64,000 nt of DNA from positions 2,000,143-2,064,142 of the forward strand of contig CBDHDR010000002.1 of the NCBI GenBank assembly GCA_965261815.1, read 5' to 3'. Position 1 is the first letter of the stretch. Every line of letters starts with the position of its first letter. Source of the DNA: Dehalococcoidia bacterium (GTDB lineage: Bacteria > Chloroflexota > Dehalococcoidia > Lucifugimonadales > CAZENU01). Both the position numbers and the translations under genes were made by a program. The notes under the pieces were generated by a model that was given only the letters and a program-made list of their open reading frames with translations, did not search any database and was not told where the DNA came from. This document shows, in pieces, positions 10,350 to 19,396 of the stretch.

Positions 10350-10419
10350 GGTAAGCGGGTGAGTCGACCGTAGCAGGCCTCGACGCTGAACGGTCGTGGG
10401 GAGAAGGCCAGAGGGCGCT

Positions 10420-11424
10420 ATGCAGGCGGGCAAGCTGCCGTTGGAGATGCTTGCGGGACTCCTCGACCAGGTCGAGGCCAAGGACCCGCGGGTCGTGCTG
10501 GGCCCCAGGGCAGGTGAAGACGCCGCGCTCATCGACTTCGGGGACCGGTACCTGGTCGCCAAGACCGACCCGATAACCTTCGCGACCGACCTGATCGGCT
10601 GGTACGTCGTGCAGGTCAACGTCAACGACCTGGCCGTCGCCGGTGCGACGCCGCGCTGGCTCCTGGTGACGCTGCTGCTTCCCGAGGGCACCGCGCCGGA
10701 CATGGTCGCCGACATCTTCCGGCAGCTCCGAGAAGCCTGCGCGTCGTTGGACATCGCGCTGGTCGGCGGGCACACGGAGGTCACGTACGACCTTCCCCGC
10801 CCCATCGCGGTCGGCGCTCTGCTGGGCGAGGCCGACAAGGACGACGTCGTGCTCACGTCGGGAGTCCGGCCCGGCGACAGCATCCTGCTGACCAAGGGCG
10901 TTGCCATCGAGGGGACGGCCATCCTCGCACGGGAGGCTTCGGAGGCGCTGGCCGCGTCCGGGGTCGACGCCGCGGTGATAGAGCGGGCGCGGGGGATGCT
11001 CTTCTCGCCCGGCATCAGCGTGCTCCGGGACGCCGAAGTGGCCCGATCGGCCGCCCCGGTCCACGCGATGCACGACCCCACGGAGGGCGGTGTCGCCACC
11101 GCGCTGCTCGAGATGGCGACCGCCGCGGGCGTCGGTCTCACCATAGACGGCGACCGCATCCCGGTCGTGCCGGAGTGCGCGGAGGTCTGCGCGGCTCTCG
11201 GCCTCGATCCTCTGGGGCTGATCGCCTCGGGCGCCCTGCTCGCCGCGGTCGCGCCTGAGGACGCCCCCGGGGTCGTCGCGGCGCTGGCCGGAGAGGGCAT
11301 CTACGCCGCCGAGATAGGCCGCGCGACCGACGCGAGCGACGGCCTGAAGCTCACCGGCGCGGGCGGCGCCCGAGACCTGCCGCGGTTCGACCGCGACGAG
11401 CTCGCCCGCTACTTCGCGTCGTAG
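10420..11424 (+). CDS. AIR synthase-related protein (PurM/ThiL/HypE fold)
   Basis: GEDAALIDFGDRYLVAKTDPITF...VNVNDLAVAGATPRWLL...GGHTEV and the C-terminal MHDPTEGGVATAL are typical of the AIR-synthase-related family. ATG 10420 was chosen over the track start at 10396. Confidence 0.75.
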   Translation: MQAGKLPLEMLAGLLDQVEAKDPRVVLGPRAGEDAALIDFGDRYLVAKTDPITFATDLIGWYVVQVNVNDLAVAGATPRWLLVTLLLPEGTAPDMVADIFRQLREACASLDIALVGGHTEVTYDLPRPIAVGALLGEADKDDVVLTSGVRPGDSILLTKGVAIEGTAILAREASEALAASGVDAAVIERARGMLFSPGISVLRDAEVARSAAPVHAMHDPTEGGVATALLEMATAAGVGLTIDGDRIPVVPECAEVCAALGLDPLGLIASGALLAAVAPEDAPGVVAALAGEGIYAAEIGRATDASDGLKLTGAGGARDLPRFDRDELARYFAS

Positions 11425-11584
11425 CCCGAATCGCCCCTCAGCTTAGAACAGTTACTCCCTGACATAAAGTCTTGGTGGGGAGGTGCTACCCTGGCCGCTG
11501 CGCCCGCCTCCAGAGACCTTGGCAGACCTCCAGGCGTTGAACAGGTCTCGGCGGCAAGGACGCGCATTGAAGTCGACCTCCCCG

Positions 11585-11680
11585 CCCCTGGATTCCGGCT
11601 CGGGGGCCGGAATGACGACTTCCCTCTACTCGTGCGTCAGACTCTCCCCATCGTCATGCCCGCGAAGGCGGGCATCCAGG
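11585..11680. repeat. two REP-like palindromes (variants of the REP1 A module)
   Basis: GGATTCCGGCTCGGGGGCCGGAATGAC (11591-11616) and CGTCATGCCCGCGAAGGCGGGCATCCAGG (11652-11680). The flanks have the same shape as module A elsewhere in the window. Confidence 0.45.
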
Positions 11681-11913
11681 CTCTGGTGGGGCGATCGTCC
11701 CATCAGCTCTGTACAGTTACCGTAGCTTCCGAATACTGGACGCGCCGGGAACGCTTTTGCTAGACTGCGTCTCGCCCTGAGAAAGCGATCCAGATATGGG
11801 CCTCCCTGCTTGCCAGTCGGGAGGCTGTCGTTTGTCCGGGCCGAAGGACGGCCCGAAGTCCGTAGAAAACAACATCGCGGGTAACGCACAGGCGCGAGCG
11901 GCAGGTATGCGAA

Positions 11914-12624
11914 ATGGGTGAGGAACGGGAGTTCAATCGAGGCATGGTCGTCGTCGCCCACGCGGACGACGCCGAGTACGGCTGCTCGGCCACTGTCGCC
12001 AAGTGGTGCGCTGAAGGCTGGGACGTCGTCTACGTGATCTGCACCGACGGCAGCAAGGGTAGCAACGACCGCGAAATGACGCAGGAGCGCCTGTCGGCCA
12101 TCAGACGCGAGGAGCAGGCCAACGCGGGCAAGGTGCTCGGGCTCGCCGACGTAGCCTTCCTCGACCACGAAGACAGCATGCTGCAGCCGACGCTGGAGCT
12201 CCGGCGCGACATCGCCCGGGAGATACGCCGCCACAGGCCGGACGTCCTGATATGTCCGAATCCCGTGCGCAGCCTTCAAGGTCCCGGCGGCCATCCCGAC
12301 CACCTCGCCGCGGGCGAGGCGGCGCTCGCGGCGGTGTTTCCGACGGCGCGCGACCATATGACCTTCCCGGAGCTGCTCGAGGAGGGCCTGGAGCCCCACA
12401 AGGTGGCCGAGGTGTGGATCATGAGCCACCCGGAGCCCGATCACTGGGTCGACGTCACCGGCCACGTCGACACGGGCGCGAGGGCCCTGGCCGCGCACGC
12501 GTCGCAGGTCGGCGGGCCGATTGAGGAGACGATCGAGATGATGAGGCGCTGGCGGCGGAGACGGGCCATAGGCACCGGGCTTCAATACGCCGAGGGCTTT
12601 CGCCGCGTCGTCTACCGGTTCTAG
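11914..12624 (+). CDS. PIG-L family deacetylase (LmbE-like)
   Basis: VVVAHADDAEYGCSATVAKW (AHPDD-type metal site), HPDH later, 236 aa. An alternative start at the internal ATG (MVVVAHADD) is possible. Confidence 0.8.
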   Translation: MGEEREFNRGMVVVAHADDAEYGCSATVAKWCAEGWDVVYVICTDGSKGSNDREMTQERLSAIRREEQANAGKVLGLADVAFLDHEDSMLQPTLELRRDIAREIRRHRPDVLICPNPVRSLQGPGGHPDHLAAGEAALAAVFPTARDHMTFPELLEEGLEPHKVAEVWIMSHPEPDHWVDVTGHVDTGARALAAHASQVGGPIEETIEMMRRWRRRRAIGTGLQYAEGFRRVVYRF

Positions 12625-12626
12625 GA

Positions 12627-13442
12627 ATGACGTCCGAAGTCGGGATGATTGAGAAGAAGAACGACCTGACCAGGCAGGCTGTGGCGATGGCGATGGCCAA
12701 TCGCTGGGCCGAAGCGGTGAAGCTCAACCGGTCGATCCTGGACGACTTCCCGAACGACCTCGAGACCTACAATCGGCTGGGCAAGGCCCTGAGTGAGCTG
12801 GGCCAAAACAGGGAGGCCCGACAAGCGTTCGAGCGGGCGCTGTCCCAGTCGCCCCACAACCCGATCGCAAAGAAGAACCTGGACCGTCTCTCGAAGCTGG
12901 GCGACGAAGTCCGGGGAGCCGCCGCCCCGGTGGTCAGGCCGCGGCGCGCCTTCATCGAGGAGAGGGGCAAGTCCGGCGTGACCTCGCTGATCAACCTCGC
13001 CCCGGCGGAGCGGCTGCTCGAGCTCGCGCCAGGGCATCCGCTGAATCTCGACATGGTCGGCGGGGCGCTGAAGCTATCGTCGCAGTCAGGCGAGCATCTC
13101 GGTCAGGTGGAGCCGAGGCTGGCGGCCAGGCTTGTCAGGTTGACCAAGGGGGGCAATCGATACCAGGCCGTGGTGACCGGCGTAGAGGAGCGCAGCCTCG
13201 CGGTCTTCATTCGAGAGACCTTCAGACACCCCTCGCAGGCGGGTACGGTATCTTTCCCGTCGTCGGAGCGGTCGGCCGTTCGGGTACTCGCGTCGAGCGC
13301 GCCCAGGGGAATCGAGACGGGCGGGCCGGCGGCCGTCAAGGACTGGTCGGACGACGACACGGAGCCCGGCGACGACGAGATCTTCGATTCGGTCGCGCAC
13401 CGCATCATCGACCCCTCGGAGGAGAGCGAGACGGAGCTCTAG
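12627..13442 (+). CDS. tetratricopeptide-repeat protein
   Basis: N-terminal TPR-like helices (WAEAVKLNRSILDDFPNDLETYNRLGKALSELGQNREARQAFERALSQSPHNPIAKKNL). The rest is unassigned. Confidence 0.6.
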   Translation: MTSEVGMIEKKNDLTRQAVAMAMANRWAEAVKLNRSILDDFPNDLETYNRLGKALSELGQNREARQAFERALSQSPHNPIAKKNLDRLSKLGDEVRGAAAPVVRPRRAFIEERGKSGVTSLINLAPAERLLELAPGHPLNLDMVGGALKLSSQSGEHLGQVEPRLAARLVRLTKGGNRYQAVVTGVEERSLAVFIRETFRHPSQAGTVSFPSSERSAVRVLASSAPRGIETGGPAAVKDWSDDDTEPGDDEIFDSVAHRIIDPSEESETEL

Positions 13443-13705
13443 TCGGCGTCTTCGGCGGCGTTCTCCAGCGGAAGCTCCCGGAAGTAGAGCCCCCACTGTC
13501 TCATCGCCTCCTTCACGGCGGGCTCGTCCGACGCGGCGAGCTGCTTGAAGAACCCCGCGAGCGCGTGGGCCGGCAGCAGCTCGTCGGAGCACACCCAGCT
13601 CCGCTCGGCGCGGACGACGTATAGCATTCCGCGCTGGTGCTCGCAGCCCACCTCCACCCGCTTGCTGCCCGAGGCCCCCTTGATATCAAGTCCTGGTGCG
13701 TTCAT
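13439..13705 (-). CDS. hypothetical protein (88 aa)
   Basis: Only an open frame with plausible, non-repetitive composition. It is convergent with the TPR gene and overlaps it by 4 nt. No family recognised. Confidence 0.35.
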   Translation of the reverse strand: MNAPGLDIKGASGSKRVEVGCEHQRGMLYVVRAERSWVCSDELLPAHALAGFFKQLAASDEPAVKEAMRQWGLYFRELPLENAAEDAD

Positions 13706-13784
13706 CCCTCGTCCTCGCTACTGGTCGATTCCTCGGACGCGTGCGCCATCTTCACGCGGTGTTACACTCTGTCCGAAGGAACCT

Positions 13785-14501
13785 ATGTCTCTTCTCAGAT
13801 CGTCCGATCCGCCCCGTCCGCCCATCGCCGTCCCGTGGGGCGCGGGCGACGCGGCGCGCGCCGTCGGCCTCGTAGCCGCGTGCGCCGCTCTCGTCATCCT
13901 GCTCGTCTGGCCGTTTCGCGGCGCCTCCGGGACTCTGGCAGAGGCGGTCAGTACGCTGGCAGTTGCGGTCCTGACGGGCCTCCTGCTGATCGCGACGTGG
14001 CTGTTCGCGATCCGGAGGCACGGCGCCCGTTGGCGGGCGCTTGGCCTGGCCGCGCCGGTTGGCGCGAGGCCGGTTGCGCTGTCGGCGGCCTGCCTGGTCC
14101 TCAGTATAGGGTTCCTGGTCGTGTTTGTCGCGCTGGCCGAACGGTTCGGTCTGGACATCCTCGTGCCCGAGCCGATCGACGCGGACAGACTGGGCTCGGG
14201 GGTCTTTCGCGTCGCGAACGTGGCGATCGTCGTGCTGGTCGGCCCGTTCGCCGAAGAGGTCTTCTTCCGGGGGTTCTTGCTGACGGCGCTGATGCCGGCC
14301 CTCGGCACATTCAGGGCCGCCGCGGTCGCGTCCGCCCTGTTCGCGGTCGGTCACGTCGACGTGGGCGTCATGGTCCCGTTCTTCATCACCGGGCTGCTGC
14401 TCTCCTGGCTCTACGTCAGGACGCGGTCCATATGGCCGCCCATGCTGGCGCACGCGGGCCAGAACACGCTGGCTATAATAGGGCTGTTCGCGTCGACCTG
14501 A
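13785..14501 (+). CDS. CPBP family intramembrane glutamic endopeptidase (CAAX protease / Abi family)
   Basis: Motifs FAEEVFFRGFLL, FAVGHV and HAGQN in a multi-TM protein. ATG 13785 is preceded by GAAGGA. The upstream extension to 13545 is not credible. Confidence 0.8.
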   Translation: MSLLRSSDPPRPPIAVPWGAGDAARAVGLVAACAALVILLVWPFRGASGTLAEAVSTLAVAVLTGLLLIATWLFAIRRHGARWRALGLAAPVGARPVALSAACLVLSIGFLVVFVALAERFGLDILVPEPIDADRLGSGVFRVANVAIVVLVGPFAEEVFFRGFLLTALMPALGTFRAAAVASALFAVGHVDVGVMVPFFITGLLLSWLYVRTRSIWPPMLAHAGQNTLAIIGLFAST

Positions 14502-14536
14502 ACGGGAACGCGACGACGCGGAGAGGCGGGGTTTCG

Positions 14537-15337
14537 TTGACAAACAGGATAGACACGACATTCGAACAGGCGCGAAGCGCGGGTGTCTCGGTGCTCGCTC
14601 CATTCGTGACGGTCGGGTACCCCGACGTCGACTCCTCGGAGGAGATCGCGGCCGCGCTGCTCGAGTCGGGCGGGGACATGCTGGAGGTCGGCGTCCCGTT
14701 CAGCGACCCGCTCGCCGACGGCGCCACCGTACAGCGGAGCAGCGCGCATGCCCTGCGCAACGGCGTCAACGTCTCCACGTGCCTGGATATGGTCCGCAGG
14801 CTGAGGGACCGAGGAATCGCCTCCCCGCTGGTGTTGATGGGCTACTTCAATCCGTTCATGCGCTACGGCCAGGAGCGGTTTGTGGCGGACGCCGCCAGGG
14901 CCGGCGCCGACGGCCTGATAGTCCCAGATCTGCCGCTGGAGGACGGGGCCGGATTCGCGCGTCTGTGCGGCGAGAACGGCATTCACCTGATACCGATGCT
15001 GGCGCCCACGAGCACGGATAGACGCATAGAGCTTGCTTGCAAAGGGGCAGGGGGGTTCATATACTGTGTGAGCCTTACGGGCGTGACGGGCGCGAGGCCC
15101 GGGCTGCGGTACGAAGCCGCCGCCAGGCTGGTCGAGCGGATCCGCGGGCACACCGACCTCCCCACAGTGGTTGGGTTCGGGGTGTCCAGCCCGGAGCACT
15201 TAGAGGAGATAGCAAGATTCGCCGACGGGGCGATTGTCGCAAGCGCCCTGCTGGACGCCATCGGCGAGGCGCCGCCTGAGAAGGCCGCCCAGACGGCGCG
15301 GGAATTCGTGGCTAAGCTGAAGCGGCCCGCAGCCTGA
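14537..15337 (+). CDS. trpA: tryptophan synthase alpha chain
   Basis: FVTVGYPD...LEVGVPFSDPLADGATVQRSS...GYFNPF...GLIVPDLPLE...FIYCVSLTGVTG...VGFGVS are canonical TrpA motifs. TTG 14537 lies after GAGAGGCGGGG. The ORF-track start at 13637 is an artefactual extension. Confidence 0.85.
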   Translation: MTNRIDTTFEQARSAGVSVLAPFVTVGYPDVDSSEEIAAALLESGGDMLEVGVPFSDPLADGATVQRSSAHALRNGVNVSTCLDMVRRLRDRGIASPLVLMGYFNPFMRYGQERFVADAARAGADGLIVPDLPLEDGAGFARLCGENGIHLIPMLAPTSTDRRIELACKGAGGFIYCVSLTGVTGARPGLRYEAAARLVERIRGHTDLPTVVGFGVSSPEHLEEIARFADGAIVASALLDAIGEAPPEKAAQTAREFVAKLKRPAA

Positions 15338-15375
15338 AGATGCGGCGGAAGCCGCCCAACGAGTGGAGTGCGTAA

Positions 15376-15747
15376 ATGACGGGAGTTAGAGGTATCAGGG
15401 GCGCCACTTCGGCCGATACCAACTCCAAAGAAGCGATACTGGAGGCGACGACAGAGCTGCTCGGAAGGCTGGTCGAGGCCAACGACGTCGACGTGGACGA
15501 CGTCGCGGCGGCCTACTTCACGGCCACCGACGACCTGAACGCCGAGTTTCCCGCGCTGGCGGCCCGTCAGATAGGGTGGACCAAGGCGGCCCTGATGTGC
15601 GCCCGCGAGATGAACGTCGAGGACGGCGCGAAACGCTGCATACGAGTCCTGCTGCTCGTGAACACGGACAAGACCCCGGAAGACATTGAGTTCGTATATC
15701 TGAGGGGCGCGTCCAATTTGCGAAGCAGAGGTATGGAGGAGGTGTGA
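15376..15747 (+). CDS. aroH: chorismate mutase, AroH class
   Basis: GIRGATSADTNSKEAILEATTELL...YFTATDDLNAEFPALAARQIGW...CIRVLLLVN matches the monofunctional AroH-type enzyme. Length 123 aa. Confidence 0.85.
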   Translation: MTGVRGIRGATSADTNSKEAILEATTELLGRLVEANDVDVDDVAAAYFTATDDLNAEFPALAARQIGWTKAALMCAREMNVEDGAKRCIRVLLLVNTDKTPEDIEFVYLRGASNLRSRGMEEV

Positions 15748-15884
15748 ACCTTGTCGCCTAGGGTGGACGGCTGCAGTCCGACTCGTACGCCGGCGCGGGG
15801 CTGGTTTGATCTGGCTGAGGTGGCGCCCCTATATCCGCGCGCCGCACCAACCGACAACCACCAAGTGCTGAACGGAGGCGAGCA

Positions 15885-16946
15885 ATGGTTCAATCGCAGA
15901 CACACAACGTTCGGGTGCAAAGCATCACGCCGCTGGACTCGCCGGCGGAATACTGGAAGCGGTACCCGACCACCGCTGAAATTGAGAGTCAGGTCGCGCG
16001 GCACAGGGCCGCGATAGAGCGAATAATCGCAGGCGACGACCCCCGCCTGCTGGTCATTGTCGGCCCCTGCTCCATTCACGACCCCGTAGCGGGGATCGAG
16101 TACGCGCGTCGTCTGGCCGCCCTTGCCGACGAGGTCCAGGACCGGGTATTCGTCGCCATGAGGGTCTACTTCGAGAAGCCCAGGACGACCGTTGGCTGGA
16201 AGGGCTACATCAACGACCCCAACCTGAACGGCACGTACGACGTCAAGGACGGCATGGCCAAGGCCCGACAGTTCCTGCTGCAGGTGTGCGAGGTGGGCCT
16301 GCCGACGGCTACAGAGTTCCTCGAGCCCTTCACGCCCCAGTACCTGGGCGACCTGATCTCCTGGGGCGCCATCGGCGCGCGGACGACGGAGAGCCAGGTG
16401 CACAGGCTGATAGCCAGCGGGCTGAGCATGCCCATAGGCTTCAAGAACGGCACGGGCGGTACCGTCCAGATAGCCGCCGACGGCGCGCTCGCGGCCCGCG
16501 AGGAGCACGTTTTTCTCGGCATCGATGACAACGGCGTCGCGGCCATCGTCAAGACGACCGGCAATCCGGCCGGACACCTCGTCCTGCGCGGCGGCGCGAG
16601 AGGGCCCAACTACGACGCGAAGTCGGTCGCGAGCGCGCAGCGCATCCTGAGCGACTCAGGACTCGTCCCGAACCTGATCGTCGACTGCTCGCACGCCAAC
16701 TCCGGCAAGGACCATAGGCGGCAGCCGATCGTGTTCGAGGACGTTGTGGGGCAACGCGTCGGAGGCAACGGCGGCGTCGTGGGCGTGATGGTGGAGAGCC
16801 ACCTGAACGCGGGCAACCAGACTCTTGGCGAAAGTCCGGCGAACCTGGCCTACGGCGTTTCCATTACCGACGCCTGCATCGACTGGGAACAGACAGACGA
16901 GCTTGTCCGCTACGCTCACGCGCAGCTCGGCGAGACCGGGCTCTGA
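15885..16946 (+). CDS. aroG: 3-deoxy-7-phosphoheptulonate (DAHP) synthase, class I
   Basis: RLLVIVGPCSIHD...RVYFEKPRTTVGWKG...GARTTESQVHR...PIGFKNGTGG...DCSHANS are typical class I-alpha motifs. Which isozyme it is cannot be known. Confidence 0.85.
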   Translation: MVQSQTHNVRVQSITPLDSPAEYWKRYPTTAEIESQVARHRAAIERIIAGDDPRLLVIVGPCSIHDPVAGIEYARRLAALADEVQDRVFVAMRVYFEKPRTTVGWKGYINDPNLNGTYDVKDGMAKARQFLLQVCEVGLPTATEFLEPFTPQYLGDLISWGAIGARTTESQVHRLIASGLSMPIGFKNGTGGTVQIAADGALAAREEHVFLGIDDNGVAAIVKTTGNPAGHLVLRGGARGPNYDAKSVASAQRILSDSGLVPNLIVDCSHANSGKDHRRQPIVFEDVVGQRVGGNGGVVGVMVESHLNAGNQTLGESPANLAYGVSITDACIDWEQTDELVRYAHAQLGETGL

Positions 16947-17050
16947 TCGTCCGGCGCCGCGTTCGGGCCGTCCCTCGCTCCTTCCGGAAAGGACGGGTGA
17001 CCGGGCCGGCGTGGCGCCGGCGGCGAGCTCTCTCTCGCGCCCGTTGAACA

Positions 17051-18262
17051 ATGACCGAAGCGTCTGAAGTCCCGGTCCGCCGCCGGCGCACGCTCGCGTT
17101 CGCTTCCGCGACCCACGTGTGGAGCGACCTGTTCTACGCGCTGCTGATCCCGCTGCTGCCCATAATGCGGGATGACCCCGCACTGGACCTCTCCTACACG
17201 GAGATCGGCCTGCTGCGCACGGGCTTCGGCACGGCGTCGGTCGTCCTCCAGGTCCCGGCAGGATTCCTGGCGGAGCGATGGGAGGAGTTCTGGCTGCTCA
17301 TAGTGGGGAACATATGGGTCGGCGCCGGGTTCCTGCTGATGGCGGCGCTGACCTCTTTCGTGCCCCTGCTCGCGGCCACCGTCCTGGGCGGTTTGGGCGG
17401 CGGGACCCAGCATCCTCTCGCGACGAGCATGGTGTCCCGGGCCTACCGCGACGAGGGCCACAGCGCGGCGGTTGGCACCGTGAACTTCGCCGGCGACATA
17501 GGCAAGATGCTGGCCCCGCTCGTCGTGGTGATCGGCCTCGGATGGCGGTCGACGATGCGGCTCGTCGGCGCCGCCGGGATCGTGTTCATGGCGCTGTCGA
17601 TGTTGACGCGGCGCAGCGTCGGACCGTCGCGGGCGGACGACGCTCCCGTCGAAGGCGGCTCGCCTTCGGTGATAGACGCCGCCGCGCCGGCTCGCGGTCT
17701 TTTCACCCTCGGCTCCATCGGATTCATGGACGCGGCTACCCGGACCGCGGCGCTGACCTTCGTCCCCTTCGTTCTGGCCGATCGAGGCGCGGGCACGCGC
17801 GAGGTGCTCATCCTGCTGACGCTGCTGCTGGCTGGGGGAGCGGCCGGCAAGTATGGCTGCGGGTGGCTCGACGACCGCTACGGCTCGATGGGACTGGTCT
17901 GGTGGACGAAGGGCGTCACCGCGCTGCTGCTGCTGGCCATACTGGTCACGCCGGTCGTGTCGGCGCCGGCGCTGATGCTCGTCCTCGGGTTTGGGCTGAA
18001 CGGCACGTCGTCCGTACTGTACGCGGCCGTCGCCCGGTTCGCGCCACGCGACCGCCGCGCCTCGACGTACGGCTACTACTACACGGTGACCGAAGCCTCG
18101 GCGATCGCGCCGTTGATCTATGGGCGCATCGCCGACATGACAAACCTGCGCGTCACGATGATGGTCATGGCGGCCGCGACGGCGCTGATACTCCCGGCCA
18201 GCCTGCTGGTCCGTCGGCATCTCGCCGCCGGAGCGCCGCCGCGCGCGGCCTCCGGTGGATAG
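17051..18262 (+). CDS. MFS transporter
   Basis: About 12 hydrophobic segments, 403 aa, with an MFS-like loop between TM2 and TM3. Substrate unknown. Confidence 0.7.
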   Translation: MTEASEVPVRRRRTLAFASATHVWSDLFYALLIPLLPIMRDDPALDLSYTEIGLLRTGFGTASVVLQVPAGFLAERWEEFWLLIVGNIWVGAGFLLMAALTSFVPLLAATVLGGLGGGTQHPLATSMVSRAYRDEGHSAAVGTVNFAGDIGKMLAPLVVVIGLGWRSTMRLVGAAGIVFMALSMLTRRSVGPSRADDAPVEGGSPSVIDAAAPARGLFTLGSIGFMDAATRTAALTFVPFVLADRGAGTREVLILLTLLLAGGAAGKYGCGWLDDRYGSMGLVWWTKGVTALLLLAILVTPVVSAPALMLVLGFGLNGTSSVLYAAVARFAPRDRRASTYGYYYTVTEASAIAPLIYGRIADMTNLRVTMMVMAAATALILPASLLVRRHLAAGAPPRAASGG

Positions 18263-18416
18263 CGTCGGAGCGCGGCGGACCTGTCGTCTCAGGCGGCCCG
18301 GATTATGCTAGCATCCGGACGGAGTGGGCCCGCCGGACTTCGGTACCCGTGCCGTCGGTCGCGTCTGGGCCCTGAACGCCGCCATTCGAGAAACGAAGCC
18401 AACGTGGTAGCCGTAC

Positions 18417-19370
18417 ATGAAGAACGATAGCGAGCTCGCGGAACAGTGGTACGCCCAGGATGCCGCCGTGACCATCGGCGTCTTCGACGGGGTGCACCGA
18501 GGCCACCAGCACCTGCTGGGCCGCCTCTCAGAGGTCGCGCGCCAGACCGGCAGGATGTCCGTCGTCCTCACGTTGAAGAACCACCCGGCCTCGGTCCTCA
18601 GGCCCGACTTCGATGCGCGGTACCTGACCACACTGGACGAGCGGCTGCGCCTGATACGAGAGGTCGGCGGGGACCTGGTGTTACCGATATCCTTCGACGT
18701 CGAGTTGTCGCGTTTGACGGCACGCGGGTTTGCCATTCTGCTCCGGAGCCATATTCAGATGAGGGCCCTGGTCGTGGGGCCCGACTTCGCGATGGGACAC
18801 AACCGGGAGGGCGACATCGAGGTGCTCGCCGCCCTCGGCGCTGAGATGGGGTTCTCGCTGCACGTGGTCGAGCCTCTCCTCGACGACGACGGCCGGCCGG
18901 TCCGGAGCACTTCCGTTCGCGATGCCCTGTCCGAAGGCGACGTCGCGGCCGCGTCGAAGCTGCTGGGGCGGAACTACGCGCTGAGCGGGACGGTCGTGGC
19001 GGGTCACGGCCGGGGCGGGCCACTCGGGTTCCCCACCGCCAACCTGGAGGTCCCGGCCGGAATGGCCGTCCCCGCAGACGGCATCTACGCGACTTGGGCG
19101 CACGTCGCGGGCGAGCGCCACATGGCGGCCACCAGCATCGGCGTCCGCCCCACCTTCGGCGACGGTGCGCGCGCGGTCGAGGCGTTCATTCTCGACTTCG
19201 ACGGCGACCTCTACGGCCGCGAGGTCGGCCTGGAGTTCATCAACTGGCTGCGGCCCGAGACCAGGTTCGACACCGTGGAGGCGCTGCAGGAACAGGTGCG
19301 AAGAGACGTGGCCGGCACCAGGGCCATCCTGGAGCCGGGCCGGGCGGTGTCCGGCTCCGCGGCGCGGTAG
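18417..19370 (+). CDS. ribF: bifunctional riboflavin kinase / FAD synthetase
   Basis: TIGVFDGVHRGHQHLL (nucleotidyltransferase motif) and a C-terminal riboflavin kinase domain (GFPTANL...GIYA...SIGVRPTF). Confidence 0.9.
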   Translation: MKNDSELAEQWYAQDAAVTIGVFDGVHRGHQHLLGRLSEVARQTGRMSVVLTLKNHPASVLRPDFDARYLTTLDERLRLIREVGGDLVLPISFDVELSRLTARGFAILLRSHIQMRALVVGPDFAMGHNREGDIEVLAALGAEMGFSLHVVEPLLDDDGRPVRSTSVRDALSEGDVAAASKLLGRNYALSGTVVAGHGRGGPLGFPTANLEVPAGMAVPADGIYATWAHVAGERHMAATSIGVRPTFGDGARAVEAFILDFDGDLYGREVGLEFINWLRPETRFDTVEALQEQVRRDVAGTRAILEPGRAVSGSAAR

Positions 19371-19396
19371 GACGAGGCTGGCGGAGACGATCTAGC

